A stretch of DNA of 64,000 nucleotides from an uncultured Prevotellaceae bacterium (GTDB taxonomy: Bacteria > Bacteroidota > Bacteroidia > Bacteroidales > UBA3663): assembly GCA_964567855.1 (NCBI GenBank), contig CAZMOE010000005.1, positions 16,150-80,149 on the forward strand. The letters are read 5' to 3'. This document shows, piece by piece, positions 1 through 11,500 of the stretch (position 1 is the stretch's first letter; each line of letters begins with the position of its first letter). Under the pieces are notes generated by a model, which ran no database searches, had not been told where the DNA came from, and saw nothing but the letters and a program-made list of their open reading frames with translations. The position numbers and the translations under genes were made by a program.

Positions 1-603
1 GAGACTCAGTTGCTGAACTACAGTTATATTGAGAACGACTCCTTGAAGATGATCGAAGTATCGCTGATCGGAACCGTTCTTCCGAATGATCAGATCGTTT
101 CCATTTCCGAGCGAATGTCTCTTTACAACCTGAACAATACCCAGTTGAAGGTCGTACAGGGCGGCGCTTCCGGTGTCGATGAAAAACAACTCTCATCTAC
201 CATCATGCAGGGTGTTGTCAAGATTACCCAGGAGCAGCTTGATTATCAGCGTACCCTTTCCGATAGTCTACGCAATATTGTGGAGGCCTATCGTATGCGT
301 GATGGTGAGGCCGACGAGTTACTTCCCGTACTTAAGGTGCTTTTCCCGAAAGTTTCCCATATCGCTATCTCGCATACGATGGTGGCGTCGGTGAAAACAA
401 AGACCTCCAATCCTGCAACCGTTGTCGTCGCCTATGTTTCTTCGTCGCTTTTACCGGAAGAGCGCTCACGTCTTTACGATTGGCTGGTGGCCCGTAAAGA
501 AACCAAGGCATTGCAGCTGTTTGTCGAGCAGGAAGAGAAACTGGGCACTCTGCTTCCTGCGGCTGCCAGTGACAGTGTGGCTTTCGCCGCAGTCCCGATG
601 TAA
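1..603 (+). CDS. hypothetical protein, 3' portion (reading frame open to the window edge)
   Basis: Frame 1 is open from base 1 to the TAA at 601-603, and the track ORF 10..603 is in the same frame. I recognise no family motif. Confidence 0.4.
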   Translation, partial: ETQLLNYSYIENDSLKMIEVSLIGTVLPNDQIVSISERMSLYNLNNTQLKVVQGGASGVDEKQLSSTIMQGVVKITQEQLDYQRTLSDSLRNIVEAYRMRDGEADELLPVLKVLFPKVSHIAISHTMVASVKTKTSNPATVVVAYVSSSLLPEERSRLYDWLVARKETKALQLFVEQEEKLGTLLPAAASDSVAFAAVPM

Positions 604-664
604 TGACAGGTGATGGCGGAACGGGCTTTCCGTATTATGACAGAACAACTTAGAAAGACAGATT

Positions 665-1855
665 ATGGAAAAATGGCTTGAAAACATTTTAGGTGATGAA
701 AGTTCTCAGATAGCACTTCCCATGCGGTTGCTCGTTATTGCCGGAATCGTCATTGCAGCTTATCTGATTGATTTTTTCTGCGCCCGGTGTTTGGTTCCCA
801 TGGTTAAGAAGCTGACCAAGAAAACGCATGCGCAATGGGATAATATCCTGTTGAGTGAGAAAGTGGTCCGGGGATTCTGCAATATCCTGCCTCCTCTGGT
901 GCTGACGTTTGCTTTACCGTTGCTTTTGTCCGGGAAACTGGAAGATCTGCTGCTGCGTTGCTGTGCGGTTTACATCATCATTATTATCATAAGATTTTTA
1001 TGTATTCTGATTTCAGCGATCTATGATTATTTTTGTATCAAGAACGGTGCAAAGGTACATTCGCTGAAAGGTATTGCCCAGACGGTCAAAATCATATTCT
1101 GTGTGATCGGTGTTATTTTGTCGATCAGCGCTCTCATCGACAAGTCGCCGGTATTTTTGATTTCCGGTTTGGGTGCCATGGCCGCTGTCCTGATGCTGGT
1201 TTTTCAGGATTCCATCAAGGGGCTTGTGGCCGGCGTACAGCTTTCGGCCAATGACATGATGCGGCCCGGCGATTGGATCACTTTGCCGAAATGCAATGCC
1301 GACGGTGTCGTGATCGACGTTACCCTGAATACGGTAAAAGTGCGTAACTGGGACAATACCATCATCACGATTCCGCCTTATATGCTGGTGAACGATTCTT
1401 TCCAGAACTGGCGGGGCATGAGCGAGAGTGGTGGCCGTCGTATCACCCGCTCGCTGAACATCGATATGCACAGCATCCGTTTCTGCACGCAGGAAGAGAT
1501 CCGGAAATATGTGGAACAGGGCTTGCTGCCGCCGAATGCGGAAGAAGGGGTGGCCACCAACTTACAGGCCTACCGTTCTTTTCTTCTGAGATATCTAAGA
1601 CATCATCCGGAAGTCAATTCCGAACTTTCGGTGATGGTCAGGCAGCTTGCTCCCGCTGCCGAGGGCCTGCCGTTGCAGATCTATTGCTTCTCCCGCTCCA
1701 AGGTCTGGGCAGAATATGAAGACCTGCAGTCCCGGCTGATAGAATTTTTGGCAGCCTCTTTGCCCGATTTCGGTCTGTATGTCTACCAGCGTACCAGCGC
1801 TTACGACAGCGTGTTGACCGGTGGTGCCTGGCGCTGGCAGGATACCGCCAAATAG
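665..1855 (+). CDS. mechanosensitive ion channel, MscS family
   Basis: 396 aa with N-terminal TM helices followed by an MscS-like beta domain (GVQLSANDMMRPGDWITL...GVVIDVTLNTVKVRNWDNTIITIPPYMLVNDSFQNW). Confidence 0.85.
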   Translation: MEKWLENILGDESSQIALPMRLLVIAGIVIAAYLIDFFCARCLVPMVKKLTKKTHAQWDNILLSEKVVRGFCNILPPLVLTFALPLLLSGKLEDLLLRCCAVYIIIIIIRFLCILISAIYDYFCIKNGAKVHSLKGIAQTVKIIFCVIGVILSISALIDKSPVFLISGLGAMAAVLMLVFQDSIKGLVAGVQLSANDMMRPGDWITLPKCNADGVVIDVTLNTVKVRNWDNTIITIPPYMLVNDSFQNWRGMSESGGRRITRSLNIDMHSIRFCTQEEIRKYVEQGLLPPNAEEGVATNLQAYRSFLLRYLRHHPEVNSELSVMVRQLAPAAEGLPLQIYCFSRSKVWAEYEDLQSRLIEFLAASLPDFGLYVYQRTSAYDSVLTGGAWRWQDTAK

Positions 1856-1886
1856 CCTCTTCGGACTGCTTCCCGGATTATTTTAA

Positions 1887-1918
1887 CCGCCTCCCGGTAA
1901 CTGGGAGGCGGTTTTTTT
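1887..1918 (+). terminator. rho-independent terminator after the MscS gene
   Basis: Stem ccgcctccc / gggaggcgg (9 bp), loop ggtaact, followed by a T7 run. Confidence 0.75.
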
Positions 1919-2251
1919 CGTGCCGTAAGCACCGCATATATTATGAGTAGTAATATCTTTCTTTCGGATACTCGTTTTTATTGTCTTTTTGCTTGTTGAA
2001 TTTTGCAAAATATGGCATAAAGTATGCTTTTTGGCGCTTTCTGTTTGCTTTTTTGTAAAAATATGGGTCTATGTGGTCGTTCCTAACGATTACTTTTTTA
2101 TATTTGCTGTGTCAAGAGGGCCGGCCGCCGTTTATTTTTTATATGATAGGGTGTGGTTACAGCATCGTTTATCGTGGAGGACGACAGTCCGACTGTCTTA
2201 TCTTATTTATGGATTGAATAGGAGTGTAATAGTTTTATAATTAGTTAGGTT

Positions 2252-5200
2252 ATGTATAAAAATCCGGCAAAACAGGGATTGTATGATCCTGCCTATGAAC
2301 ATGATGCCTGCGGTGTGGGTCTGCTGGCCAACATCAACGGCAGCAAAAGCCATGAAATCGTAGAGCGGGGGTTGCAAGTTTTGGAGAATATGGAGCATCG
2401 TGGCGCGGAAGGCGCCGATGAACGGACCGGAGACGGTGCGGGTATCATGGTGCAGATTCCACATGAATTTATATTGCTGCAAGGCATTCCGGTGCCCGAA
2501 AAGGGCCGCTATGGGGTGGGGATGATCTTCTTGCCGAAAGAACAAAAGGAGCAGGAGGTCTGTCAGGAGATCTTGCAGGCGGAAATTTCTGCTGCCGGAT
2601 TGAAATTGATTGCCACGCGTGACGTTCCTGTCAACAGCGATGTCCTGGGTGTCCTTTCCGCTGCATCCGAGCCGGCCGTCAGGCAGTATTTCATTACGTC
2701 GGATCACCTGTTGCCGCAGGAGGAGCTGGAGCGTAATCTGTATCTGGTGCGCCGTCGGGTGGAGAATCGGGTCGCCGCATCCGATATGGGGGCCAAAGAC
2801 GATTTTTATGTGTGCTCCCTTTCGACGCGTATCGTCGTATATAAAGGTATGTTGATATCAAGACAACTGCGGCAGTATTATCCGGATCTTTTGAGCCCTT
2901 GGTTCACTTCCGGTCTGGCTCTCGTGCATTCGCGATTCTCCACCAATACGTCGCCGCGCTGGCCGCTGGCCCAACCTTTCCGCTATTTAGGCCATAATGG
3001 CGAGATCAATACTATCCGCGGCAACCGCAGCTGGATGTCGGCGCGGGAAACGGTGCTCGATCCGGGCAAATTAGGAGGTATGCAGGAGGTTACGCCTATC
3101 GTTCAGCCCGGCATGTCCGATTCCGCCTCTTTCGACAATGTCCTGGAGTTCTTCGTACAGGCCGGAATGAGCCTGCCGCATGCCCTGGCCATGATGGTAC
3201 CGGAGAGTTTCAACAGCAAGAATCCTATCAGCCAGGAACTGAAGGATTTCTATGAGTATCATTCCATCATGATGGAGCCGTGGGATGGCCCGGCGGCCCT
3301 TCTGTTCAGCGACGGACGCTATGCCGGCGGTATGCTGGATCGCAACGGGCTACGTCCATGCCGCTATCTCATTACGAAAGACGGTATGCTGATGATGGCT
3401 TCCGAAACCGGCGTGCTGATGTTCGACGGCAATGAAATTGCAGAGAAGGGACGTCTTCAGCCCGGTAAGATCCTGCTTGTGGATATGGAGACCGGCAAGA
3501 TATCCTATGACTCCGAGGTCAAGGCGGCCCTTGCCGGCGAGCATCCTTACGGCGAATGGCTGAACCGGAACCGCATCTGGCTCGATAAACTCTCTTCCGG
3601 CCGTAAGGCCGTCGAGAAAGTCGAGGATTATATGACTCTCATGTCTGCTTTCGGCTATAGCCAGGAAGATGTTTCCCGTCTTATCGTCCCGATGGCGCAA
3701 AACGGGCAGGAACCTACCTGGTCCATGGGCAATGATACCCCCTTGGCGGCATTTTCCAATCAGCCCCAGCGGCTGTTTGCCTATTTCCGTCAGCAGTTTG
3801 CCCAGGTCACCAATCCGCCGATCGACCCTATCAGAGAGAAACTCGTCATGTCGCTCGACGGATATGTCGGCTCTATCGACAGTAACCTTCTCGAACCCAA
3901 TCCGGAGCTGTGCAAGATGGTGCGCCTCTCCAACCCGATTCTGACAAACACCCAATTCGATCTGCTTTGCAATATCGCCTATAAAGGTTTCAAGGCCGTT
4001 AAGGCTCCGATGCTTTTCGCCGTGAAAGAGGGCGTCGAAGGGATGAAAGCCGCCGTGCAACGCTTGTGCGAAACCGCAGAAAATGCAGTCGACAGCGGTG
4101 CCGACTATATTATTCTGACCGACCGCGGCGTGAATGCCGAAATGGCCCCGGTGCCGTCGCTTTTGGCGACCTCTGCCGTCCATTCCTATCTAATAGGCAA
4201 GCACAAACGTTGTCAGATCGGTCTTATCATCGAGAGCGCGGAACCCCGTGAGGTCATGCACTTCGCTTTGCTCATGGGCTTCGGCGCCAGCGCGATCAAT
4301 CCTTATCTCGCCTTTGCTACGATCGAGGAGCAAATTGCTCAGGGAGAGCTTGCCCTGGATTATAAAACCGCTTGCGCCAACTATATTCAGGCCATCTGCA
4401 AGGGCTTGTTGAAAATCATGTCCAAGATGGGTATTTCCACACTTATGTCTTACAAGGGTGCCCGTATTTTCGAGGTGGCCGGCATTGACCAGAGTGTCAT
4501 GGACGAGTATTTCGGCGGTGCCGATTCCAAAATAACCGGCATCGGGTTACAGGAGATCTGCGAGGAGGTCCTGAAACCGCATCAGACGGCCTATGCGGCA
4601 TTTGCCGACCATACGATATTGCCTAATTTCGGCAATTATGCCTACCGGCGTGACGGAGAGAAGCATGCCTGGAACCCGGAGACGATTTCAACGTTGCAGA
4701 TTGCTACCCGACTGGGCAGTTATAAGAAATATAAAGAATATGCGGCCTTGGTCAATGAGCGGGAGGAGCCGATGTTCATCCGTGACTTCATGACCTTCAA
4801 GAAGGCCGAAGTTCCTGTTCCGCTGGAAGAGGTGGAGCCGGTCGAAAGCATCATGCGTCGGTTTGTGACGGGTGCCATGTCGTTCGGCGCTATTTCTCAG
4901 GAGGCGCACGAGGCGCTGGCCATTGCCATGAATACCATCGGCGGCCGCAGCAATACGGGTGAAGGCGGTGAAGACAGTGCCCGCTTTTATATTGCCGAGG
5001 GTGAACCCAATACCCGTTCCGCCATCAAGCAGGTGGCAAGCGGCCGTTTCGGCGTTACCACCGAATACCTTGTCAATGCGGACGAGATCCAGATTAAGAT
5101 AGCCCAGGGCGCGAAGCCAGGGGAGGGCGGCCAGTTGCCGGGTTTCAAGGTCAACGATATCATTGCCAAGACCCGCCATTCGATGCCCGGTATCACGTTG

Positions 5201-6769
5201 ATTTCTCCGCCGCCTCATCATGATATTTATTCTATCGAAGATCTGGCGCAGCTGATTTTCGATCTGAAGAATGTCAACCCCAAAGCCGATATTTCCGTCA
5301 AGCTTGTTTCCGAGTCCGGTATCGGCACGATTGCCGCCGGTGTAGCCAAGGCCAAGGCTGACCGGATCATTATTTCCGGTGCGGATGGCGGTACGGGCGC
5401 TTCGCCGGCCTCTTCGACCAAGCATGCGGGTATGAGTCCCGAAATCGGTCTGGCGGAGACCCAGCAGACGTTGATCATCAACCGTTTGCGCGGTCAGGTG
5501 AAACTACAGACCGACGGTCAGATGAAAACCGGCCGCGATGCGATGATGATGGCCATGCTCGGAGCCGAAGAATATGCATTTGCGACCACAGCATTGATCG
5601 TGTTGGGGTGTGTCATGATGCGTAAATGCCACATGAATACCTGTCCGGTGGGCGTCGCCACGCAGGATCCCCGTTTGCGGGCCCGTTTCAAGGGGCGCGC
5701 GGAATATCTGATCACCTATTTCCGCTTTGTAGCCCAGGAAATGCGTGAATATCTTGCCGAAATGGGACTGCATACGATGGACGAGGCCATCGGTCGTACC
5801 GATCTGATAGAAACCCGTACTTTCGACACCAACAGCAAGACCCGCAAGATAGATGTCAGCCGTTTGCTGTATCGGCCGGAAGAGGCCCAGGAGACTCCTG
5901 TCCGGAACGTCAAGCCGCAGCATCACAACATCGATGCTGTCAAGGATGTCAATATTATCAAGGTTGCCACACCGGCCATTACGGCCAGCATGCCCATCCA
6001 GTTGAGCTATGGCATTTGCAATACCGACCGTGCCGTCGGGACAATGCTCTCCGGAGAGATTGCCCGTCGTTATGGCAGCAAAGGTTTGCCCGCCGATACG
6101 ATTACGGTTTCCTTCAAAGGTTCGGCCGGACAGTCTTTCGGCGCGTTCCTTGTCAACGGCCTGCATTTTAAATTGCAGGGCGATGCCAACGATTATTTAG
6201 GCAAGGGACTTTCCGGCGGCAAAATCTCGGTCATACCGCCCAGCGGCACCTCGTTTGCGGCCGATGAGAATATCATCTGCGGTAATACGCTTCTGTATGG
6301 TGCCACCAGCGGTGAGGTATATATCAACGGGCGTGTCGGCGAACGTTTTGCCGTGCGTAATTCCGGCGCCACGGCTGTGGTAGAGGGTGCCGGTGACCAT
6401 TGTTGCGAATATATGACCGGAGGTGTCGTTGCCGTATTGGGACCGGTCGGCCGCAATTTCGCGGCGGGTATGTCGGCCGGTGTCGCTTATGTGCTCGACG
6501 AGCAGCATGACTTCGATTATTTCTGTAATATGGAGATGGTGGAGCTGACGCTGGTGGAGGACCGCTATGATGTGCGCGAACTGCAGTCTTTGATAGAGAA
6601 CCATTACCGGCATACCGGTTCGCCCAAGGCCCGCCGCCTGCTTGACAACTGGGCGGAGGCAGTCGGAAATTTCATCAAGGTGACACCGATTGAATACAAG
6701 AAGGTGCTTTATGAGCAGCGGTTACGTGAACTGGAGGCCCGGCAGGGCAGCGTGACGCATCAGGAGTAA
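2252..6769 (+). CDS. gltB: glutamate synthase large subunit
   Basis: 1505 aa. N-terminal Ntn amidotransferase start (HDACGVGLLANING), FMN/Fe-S central domain and C-terminal GXGXG beta-helix region. It is followed directly by the small subunit. Confidence 0.97.
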   Translation: MYKNPAKQGLYDPAYEHDACGVGLLANINGSKSHEIVERGLQVLENMEHRGAEGADERTGDGAGIMVQIPHEFILLQGIPVPEKGRYGVGMIFLPKEQKEQEVCQEILQAEISAAGLKLIATRDVPVNSDVLGVLSAASEPAVRQYFITSDHLLPQEELERNLYLVRRRVENRVAASDMGAKDDFYVCSLSTRIVVYKGMLISRQLRQYYPDLLSPWFTSGLALVHSRFSTNTSPRWPLAQPFRYLGHNGEINTIRGNRSWMSARETVLDPGKLGGMQEVTPIVQPGMSDSASFDNVLEFFVQAGMSLPHALAMMVPESFNSKNPISQELKDFYEYHSIMMEPWDGPAALLFSDGRYAGGMLDRNGLRPCRYLITKDGMLMMASETGVLMFDGNEIAEKGRLQPGKILLVDMETGKISYDSEVKAALAGEHPYGEWLNRNRIWLDKLSSGRKAVEKVEDYMTLMSAFGYSQEDVSRLIVPMAQNGQEPTWSMGNDTPLAAFSNQPQRLFAYFRQQFAQVTNPPIDPIREKLVMSLDGYVGSIDSNLLEPNPELCKMVRLSNPILTNTQFDLLCNIAYKGFKAVKAPMLFAVKEGVEGMKAAVQRLCETAENAVDSGADYIILTDRGVNAEMAPVPSLLATSAVHSYLIGKHKRCQIGLIIESAEPREVMHFALLMGFGASAINPYLAFATIEEQIAQGELALDYKTACANYIQAICKGLLKIMSKMGISTLMSYKGARIFEVAGIDQSVMDEYFGGADSKITGIGLQEICEEVLKPHQTAYAAFADHTILPNFGNYAYRRDGEKHAWNPETISTLQIATRLGSYKKYKEYAALVNEREEPMFIRDFMTFKKAEVPVPLEEVEPVESIMRRFVTGAMSFGAISQEAHEALAIAMNTIGGRSNTGEGGEDSARFYIAEGEPNTRSAIKQVASGRFGVTTEYLVNADEIQIKIAQGAKPGEGGQLPGFKVNDIIAKTRHSMPGITLISPPPHHDIYSIEDLAQLIFDLKNVNPKADISVKLVSESGIGTIAAGVAKAKADRIIISGADGGTGASPASSTKHAGMSPEIGLAETQQTLIINRLRGQVKLQTDGQMKTGRDAMMMAMLGAEEYAFATTALIVLGCVMMRKCHMNTCPVGVATQDPRLRARFKGRAEYLITYFRFVAQEMREYLAEMGLHTMDEAIGRTDLIETRTFDTNSKTRKIDVSRLLYRPEEAQETPVRNVKPQHHNIDAVKDVNIIKVATPAITASMPIQLSYGICNTDRAVGTMLSGEIARRYGSKGLPADTITVSFKGSAGQSFGAFLVNGLHFKLQGDANDYLGKGLSGGKISVIPPSGTSFAADENIICGNTLLYGATSGEVYINGRVGERFAVRNSGATAVVEGAGDHCCEYMTGGVVAVLGPVGRNFAAGMSAGVAYVLDEQHDFDYFCNMEMVELTLVEDRYDVRELQSLIENHYRHTGSPKARRLLDNWAEAVGNFIKVTPIEYKKVLYEQRLRELEARQGSVTHQE

Positions 6770-6825
6770 TCCGGGTGCAGGCTGTATTTATGTTCCATTA
6801 ATTTGTAATTAAAAATAGAAAAGAT

Positions 6826-8244
6826 ATGGGAAATCCAAGAGCATTTTTAACCGTCGATCGCAAGGAAGCCGGCTACCGGCCCAAGGAGGAGCGTGTCCGC
6901 GACTATGGAGAGGTTGAGCAGACTTTGTGCATCGAAGACCGCAAGATACAGGCTTCCCGCTGCATGGACTGCGGCGTTCCGTTCTGCCATTGGGCCTGTC
7001 CGCTTGGAAACCGGATGCCTGAATATCAGGATCTGGTGGCCAAAGGAAAATGGGAGGAGGCCTACCGGGTGCTGAACATGACCCATCCGTTTCCGGAGTT
7101 TACCGGCCGCGTCTGTCCTGCCCTTTGCGAAAAATCGTGTGTGCAGGCCATAGAACATCAGGCGGTCACCATCCGGGAAAATGAGGCAGCGACGGCGGAA
7201 CGGGCCTATAACGAGGGTTTTGTACAGCCTCGTGTGCCGCAGTTCAGACGTGGCAAGAAAGTGGCTGTCGTGGGCGGCGGTCCTGCCGGTCTCGGCGCGG
7301 CCGACCGATTGAACCAATTGGGCTACGATGTCACTGTCTTTGAAAAACATGAGGCTGTCGGCGGTCTGCTCCGTTTCGGTATTCCGGATTTCAAACTCAA
7401 TAAGGCAGTCATCGATCGCCGTCTGCATATTCTGGAGGCCGAAGGCATCGTCTTTAAGACTGGCGTGACGGTAGGAACCGATATTACGGCACAGGAATTG
7501 CTGGATGGCTATGATGCGGTTTGTCTTTGTGCCGGGGCCGAGACTCCGCGCGACCTGTGCGTGGAAGGACGTGAACTGGAGGGCGTCTATTTCGCTTTGC
7601 AGTTGCTTCAGCAGCAGAACAGAATCAATGCCGGCGTGGAGGTGGATGCCTCGGAGCGCATTTCGGCCAGAGGAAAGAATGTGCTGGTCATTGGTGGCGG
7701 TGATACCGGTTCCGACTGTGTCGGGACGGCCAACCGCCAGGGTGCCCGTAGTGTGACCCAGATCGAGGTCATGCCCAAGCCCTGCGAAGGCGATAACCCG
7801 GCCACGCCATGGCCGATGTACCCGATGGTGCTCAAGACCACCTCTTCGCATCAGGAGGGATGCGTGCGCGAGTGGAACCTTAACACGTTGCGCTTTGTCG
7901 CCGACGGGCAAGGACGCCTGGCCGGGGCCGAGGTAGAAGAGGTCGAATGGCAGCCTGCTGCCGACGGCGGCAGGCCGGTGATGCGGGGCACGGGCAAGAA
8001 AAAGGTCATCGAGTGCGAGCTGGTTCTTTTGGCCATGGGCTTCGTTCATCCCGATGCTGCTTTGGTCGACATGTTCGGCCTGGAGAAAGATGCCCGCGGT
8101 AATATCCGGACCGATGCCTGCGGTCGCACCTCTCATCCGAAAATTTTTGCTGCCGGCGACTGCCGTACCGGTGCCAGCCTCGTCGTGAGAGCCATTGCCA
8201 GCGGGCGTGTCGCTGCTGCCGGCATTGACGCAGCGCTTAGATAG
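6826..8244 (+). CDS. gltD: glutamate synthase small subunit (NADPH)
   Basis: 472 aa. Cys clusters (CMDCGVPFCH, CPALCEKSC) and dinucleotide-binding motifs (VAVVGGGPAGL, VLVIGGGDTGSDC). Confidence 0.95.
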   Translation: MGNPRAFLTVDRKEAGYRPKEERVRDYGEVEQTLCIEDRKIQASRCMDCGVPFCHWACPLGNRMPEYQDLVAKGKWEEAYRVLNMTHPFPEFTGRVCPALCEKSCVQAIEHQAVTIRENEAATAERAYNEGFVQPRVPQFRRGKKVAVVGGGPAGLGAADRLNQLGYDVTVFEKHEAVGGLLRFGIPDFKLNKAVIDRRLHILEAEGIVFKTGVTVGTDITAQELLDGYDAVCLCAGAETPRDLCVEGRELEGVYFALQLLQQQNRINAGVEVDASERISARGKNVLVIGGGDTGSDCVGTANRQGARSVTQIEVMPKPCEGDNPATPWPMYPMVLKTTSSHQEGCVREWNLNTLRFVADGQGRLAGAEVEEVEWQPAADGGRPVMRGTGKKKVIECELVLLAMGFVHPDAALVDMFGLEKDARGNIRTDACGRTSHPKIFAAGDCRTGASLVVRAIASGRVAAAGIDAALR

Positions 8245-8519
8245 AAGAAAACTTCTGTTTCACCGGAGTATCCGATAGGCCAAGACCATTATTATTGCCG
8301 TCGAATTTTTGCAGGAGGCGATGATAATGGTCTTTCTCATGTTTCCGGCAGAGCGGATGGGGGTGGGAACGGAAGGTATGGGGCCTCTTTCCGTTTGTGA
8401 ACCTTTTTATATTGTGTCTGTCATGGTCACGGCGGGGCGGGAAGCGGATACGATGAAATGAGACCTGCTTGTTTTTGTGATGGAGTGGCCGAGGGATTTC
8501 ATATTGGTTGTCCGATGAT

Positions 8520-8559
8520 AAAACCGGCGGCACCTGCATTAGTAGGTGCCGCCGGTTTT
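8520..8559. terminator. bidirectional hairpin terminator between convergent gltD and carB
   Basis: Perfect 15-bp stem aaaccggcggcacct / aggtgccgccggttt with an 8-nt loop. An A-run on one side and a T-run on the other allow it to work on both strands. Confidence 0.7.
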
Positions 8560-8572
8560 ATTGTAGGGCCTC

Positions 8573-11500
8573 TCAGTTTTCGCCGTATTCATCCCATGCC
8601 TTGATGGCGATATCGTCAATCGGCATCGTGCAGAAAGCATGGATAAATGCTGCCGCAAGGCGGTCGTTGGTGATGAGCGGCACATTGAAGTCGATGGCGG
8701 CACGACGGATCTTGTACCCGTTGTCGAGTTCGCCGCTGGTGAGGTTTTTGGGGATATTGATCACCAGGTCGATCTTGCGGTCACGTATCATGTCGAGGGC
8801 CTGCGGCTGCATCTCCTCGCTGGGCCAATAGACATGTTGGCATGGAACATTGTTCTCGACGAGGAAACGGTAGGAGCCGCCGGTGGCGTAAAGCGTGTAG
8901 CCGCGCTCGGCGAGCATCTTGGCAGGACGTAGCAACGTAAGTTTTTGTTTCGGGTTTCCTGAGGAGATGAGTATATTTTTGGCCGGGATACGGAGACCTA
9001 CCGACAGCATGGCCTTCAAGATCGCGCAGGAAGTGTCGTCGCCCAGGCATCCGACCTCTCCGGTCGATGACATGTCCACGCCCAGCACCGGATCGGCTTT
9101 CTGGAGGCGGGAGAAAGAGAACTGCGAGGCCTTGATGCCCACATAGTCGAGATCGAATTCTGACTTATGGGGAACTTCATAGGGCGCGCGGAGCATGATT
9201 TTTGCGGCCAGCTCGATGAGGTTCATTTTTAGGACTTTGCTGACGAATGGGAACGAACGCGAGGCACGCAGGTTACACTCGATAACCTTAATGTCATTCT
9301 CTCTGGCCAGGAACTGGATGTTGAAAGGACCGGAGATATGCAGTTCGCGGGCAATCTGTTTGGCAACCTTCTTGATGCGTCGCACAGTCTCGCAATAGAG
9401 TTTCTGTGGAGGGAACTGGATGGTAGCGTCGCCCGAATGCACGCCGGCGAATTCGATGTGTTCGGAGATGGCGTAGGCTACGATTTCTCCTTGGTCGGCC
9501 ACAGCGTCCATTTCGACCTCTTTGGCACCTTCGATGAATTGCGAGATCACCACCGGATGTTTTTGCGAAACATTGGCGGCCAGCTGCAGGAAGCGGACCA
9601 ACTCCTGCTGGTTGGAGCAGACGTTCATCGCGGCACCGCTGAGCACGTAAGAGGGGCGGACAAGTACCGGGAACCCTACTTCTGCGATAAACTTGTCGAC
9701 GTCGGCCATCGTTGACAACTCTTTCCAGGCCGGCTGTTCGACTCCGATGCGGTCGCACATGGAAGAAAACTTCTGGCGGTCTTCGGCATTGTCGATATAT
9801 TGGGCCTGAGTACCGAGAATAGGCACGTGTTGCTCGTCGAGGCGCATGGCAAGGTTATTCGGAATCTGGCCGCCTACTGACAGGATGACGCCGTGCGGGC
9901 TCTCCAGATCGATGATGTCCATAACGCGCTCGAAAGTCAGTTCGTCGAAATAGAGGCGGTCGCACATGTCATAGTCGGTCGAGACGGTTTCCGGGTTATA
10001 GTTGATCATGACCGAACGGTAGCCTTCGCGGCGCACGGTGGTCAGGGCATTGACCGAACACCAGTCGAATTCGACCGATGAACCGATACGATAGGCACCG
10101 GAGCCGAGTACGATGACCGATTTTCCGTCATGTTGGAACTCGATGTCCTGATATTCTCCGTTGTAGGTGAGATAGAGGTAATTGGTCTGGGCCGGGTATT
10201 CGGCCGCGAGTGTGTCTATCTGTTTGACGACGGGCAGAATGCCGAGCCGCTTACGCAAATTGCGGATGGCCATGGCCGCTTTTTCGTTGTCCATGCTGTT
10301 TTCCAGACCTAAGGCGCGGGCGATCTGGAAGTCGGAGAAACCTTGTTTCTTGGCTTTGCGGAGCAGCGTCGAGAATGCGGGAGTTGTAACGTCGGCAAGA
10401 GGCGATTCTTCACAATGTTCCAGTTCTTCTGCCGTTTGGATGATGCCATGCAGTTTCTGAAGGAACCATTTGTCGATTTTGGTGAGATCGTGAATCTGGT
10501 CGATGGTATAACCTGCGCGGAATGCTTTTGAAATGACGAAGATACGTTTGTCTGTCGGGGCACGGAGCGCTTTGTCGATGTCGGCGATGACAAGTTCTTT
10601 GTTTTCGACGAATCCGTGCATGCCCTGGCCGATCATACGCAGACCTTTTTGGATCGCCTCCTCGAAAGTGCGGCCGATGGCCATCACTTCACCTACCGAT
10701 TTCATGGAAGAACCGAGTTCGCGGTCGACGCCCTGGAATTTTCCAAGGTCCCAACGGGGAAGTTTGCAGACGATATAGTCCAGCGCCGGCTCGAAGAAGG
10801 CGGATGTGGTCTTGGTGACCGAATTTTTCAACTCGAAAAGACCGTAACCCAGACCGAGCTTGGCTGCTACGAACGCCAGCGGATAACCCGTGGCCTTGCT
10901 GGCCAAGGCCGACGAGCGGCTGAGGCGAGCGTTGACCTCGATGACGCGATAGTCTTCGCTGTTGGGGTCGTAGGCGTATTGCACATTGCATTCGCCCACG
11001 ATGCCGATATGGCGGATAATCTTGATGGAAAGGGCGCGCAACTTGTGATAGTCGCGGTTGGAGAGGGTCTGCGACGGGGCGACGACGATGCTTTCGCCCG
11101 TATGGATGCCGAGCGGATCGAAATTTTCCATGTTGCAGACCGTGATGCAGTTGTCGTAGCGGTCGCGGACGACTTCATATTCCACTTCTTTCCATCCCTT
11201 CAAAGATTTCTCGACAAGGATTTGCGGCGAGAAGGAGAGCGCTTTGTTACCGATGGTTTCGAGTTCCGCTTCATTGTCGCAGAATCCGGACCCGAGGCCG
11301 CCCAATGCATATGCCGCGCGTATGATGACAGGATAGCCGAGATCGTTGGCCGCAGCCTTGGCTTCGTCGAGTGAGTTGCAGGCGTGGCTTTTGATGGTGT
11401 TGACATTGATTTCGTCGAGTTTTTCGATGAAAAGCTCGCGGTCTTCAGTGTCCATGATGGCCTGTACGGGAGTTCCCAGTACCTGCACATTATATTTTTC

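Noticed and set aside
6847-8136. A 429-aa ORF on the minus strand, antisense to gltD. Similar long antisense ORFs occur at 3350-4183, 4688-5425 and 5504-6166 within gltB.
   Set aside because: These are shadow ORFs typical of GC-rich coding DNA. Their translations are Arg/Gly/His-rich with no motifs, and they lie entirely inside well-supported genes on the other strand.
8237-8539. A 100-aa highly basic minus-strand ORF, plus a ~47-codon plus-strand ORF, in the gltD-carB convergent gap.
   Set aside because: There is no motif, start context or promoter. The region ends in a bidirectional terminator and is more simply 3' UTR. A small protein or sRNA cannot be excluded.
10616-11374. A 252-aa plus-strand ORF inside carB, and a 213-aa ORF at 11805-12446 inside carA.
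   Set aside because: Both are antisense shadows of strongly supported carB and carA, and neither has a recognisable motif.
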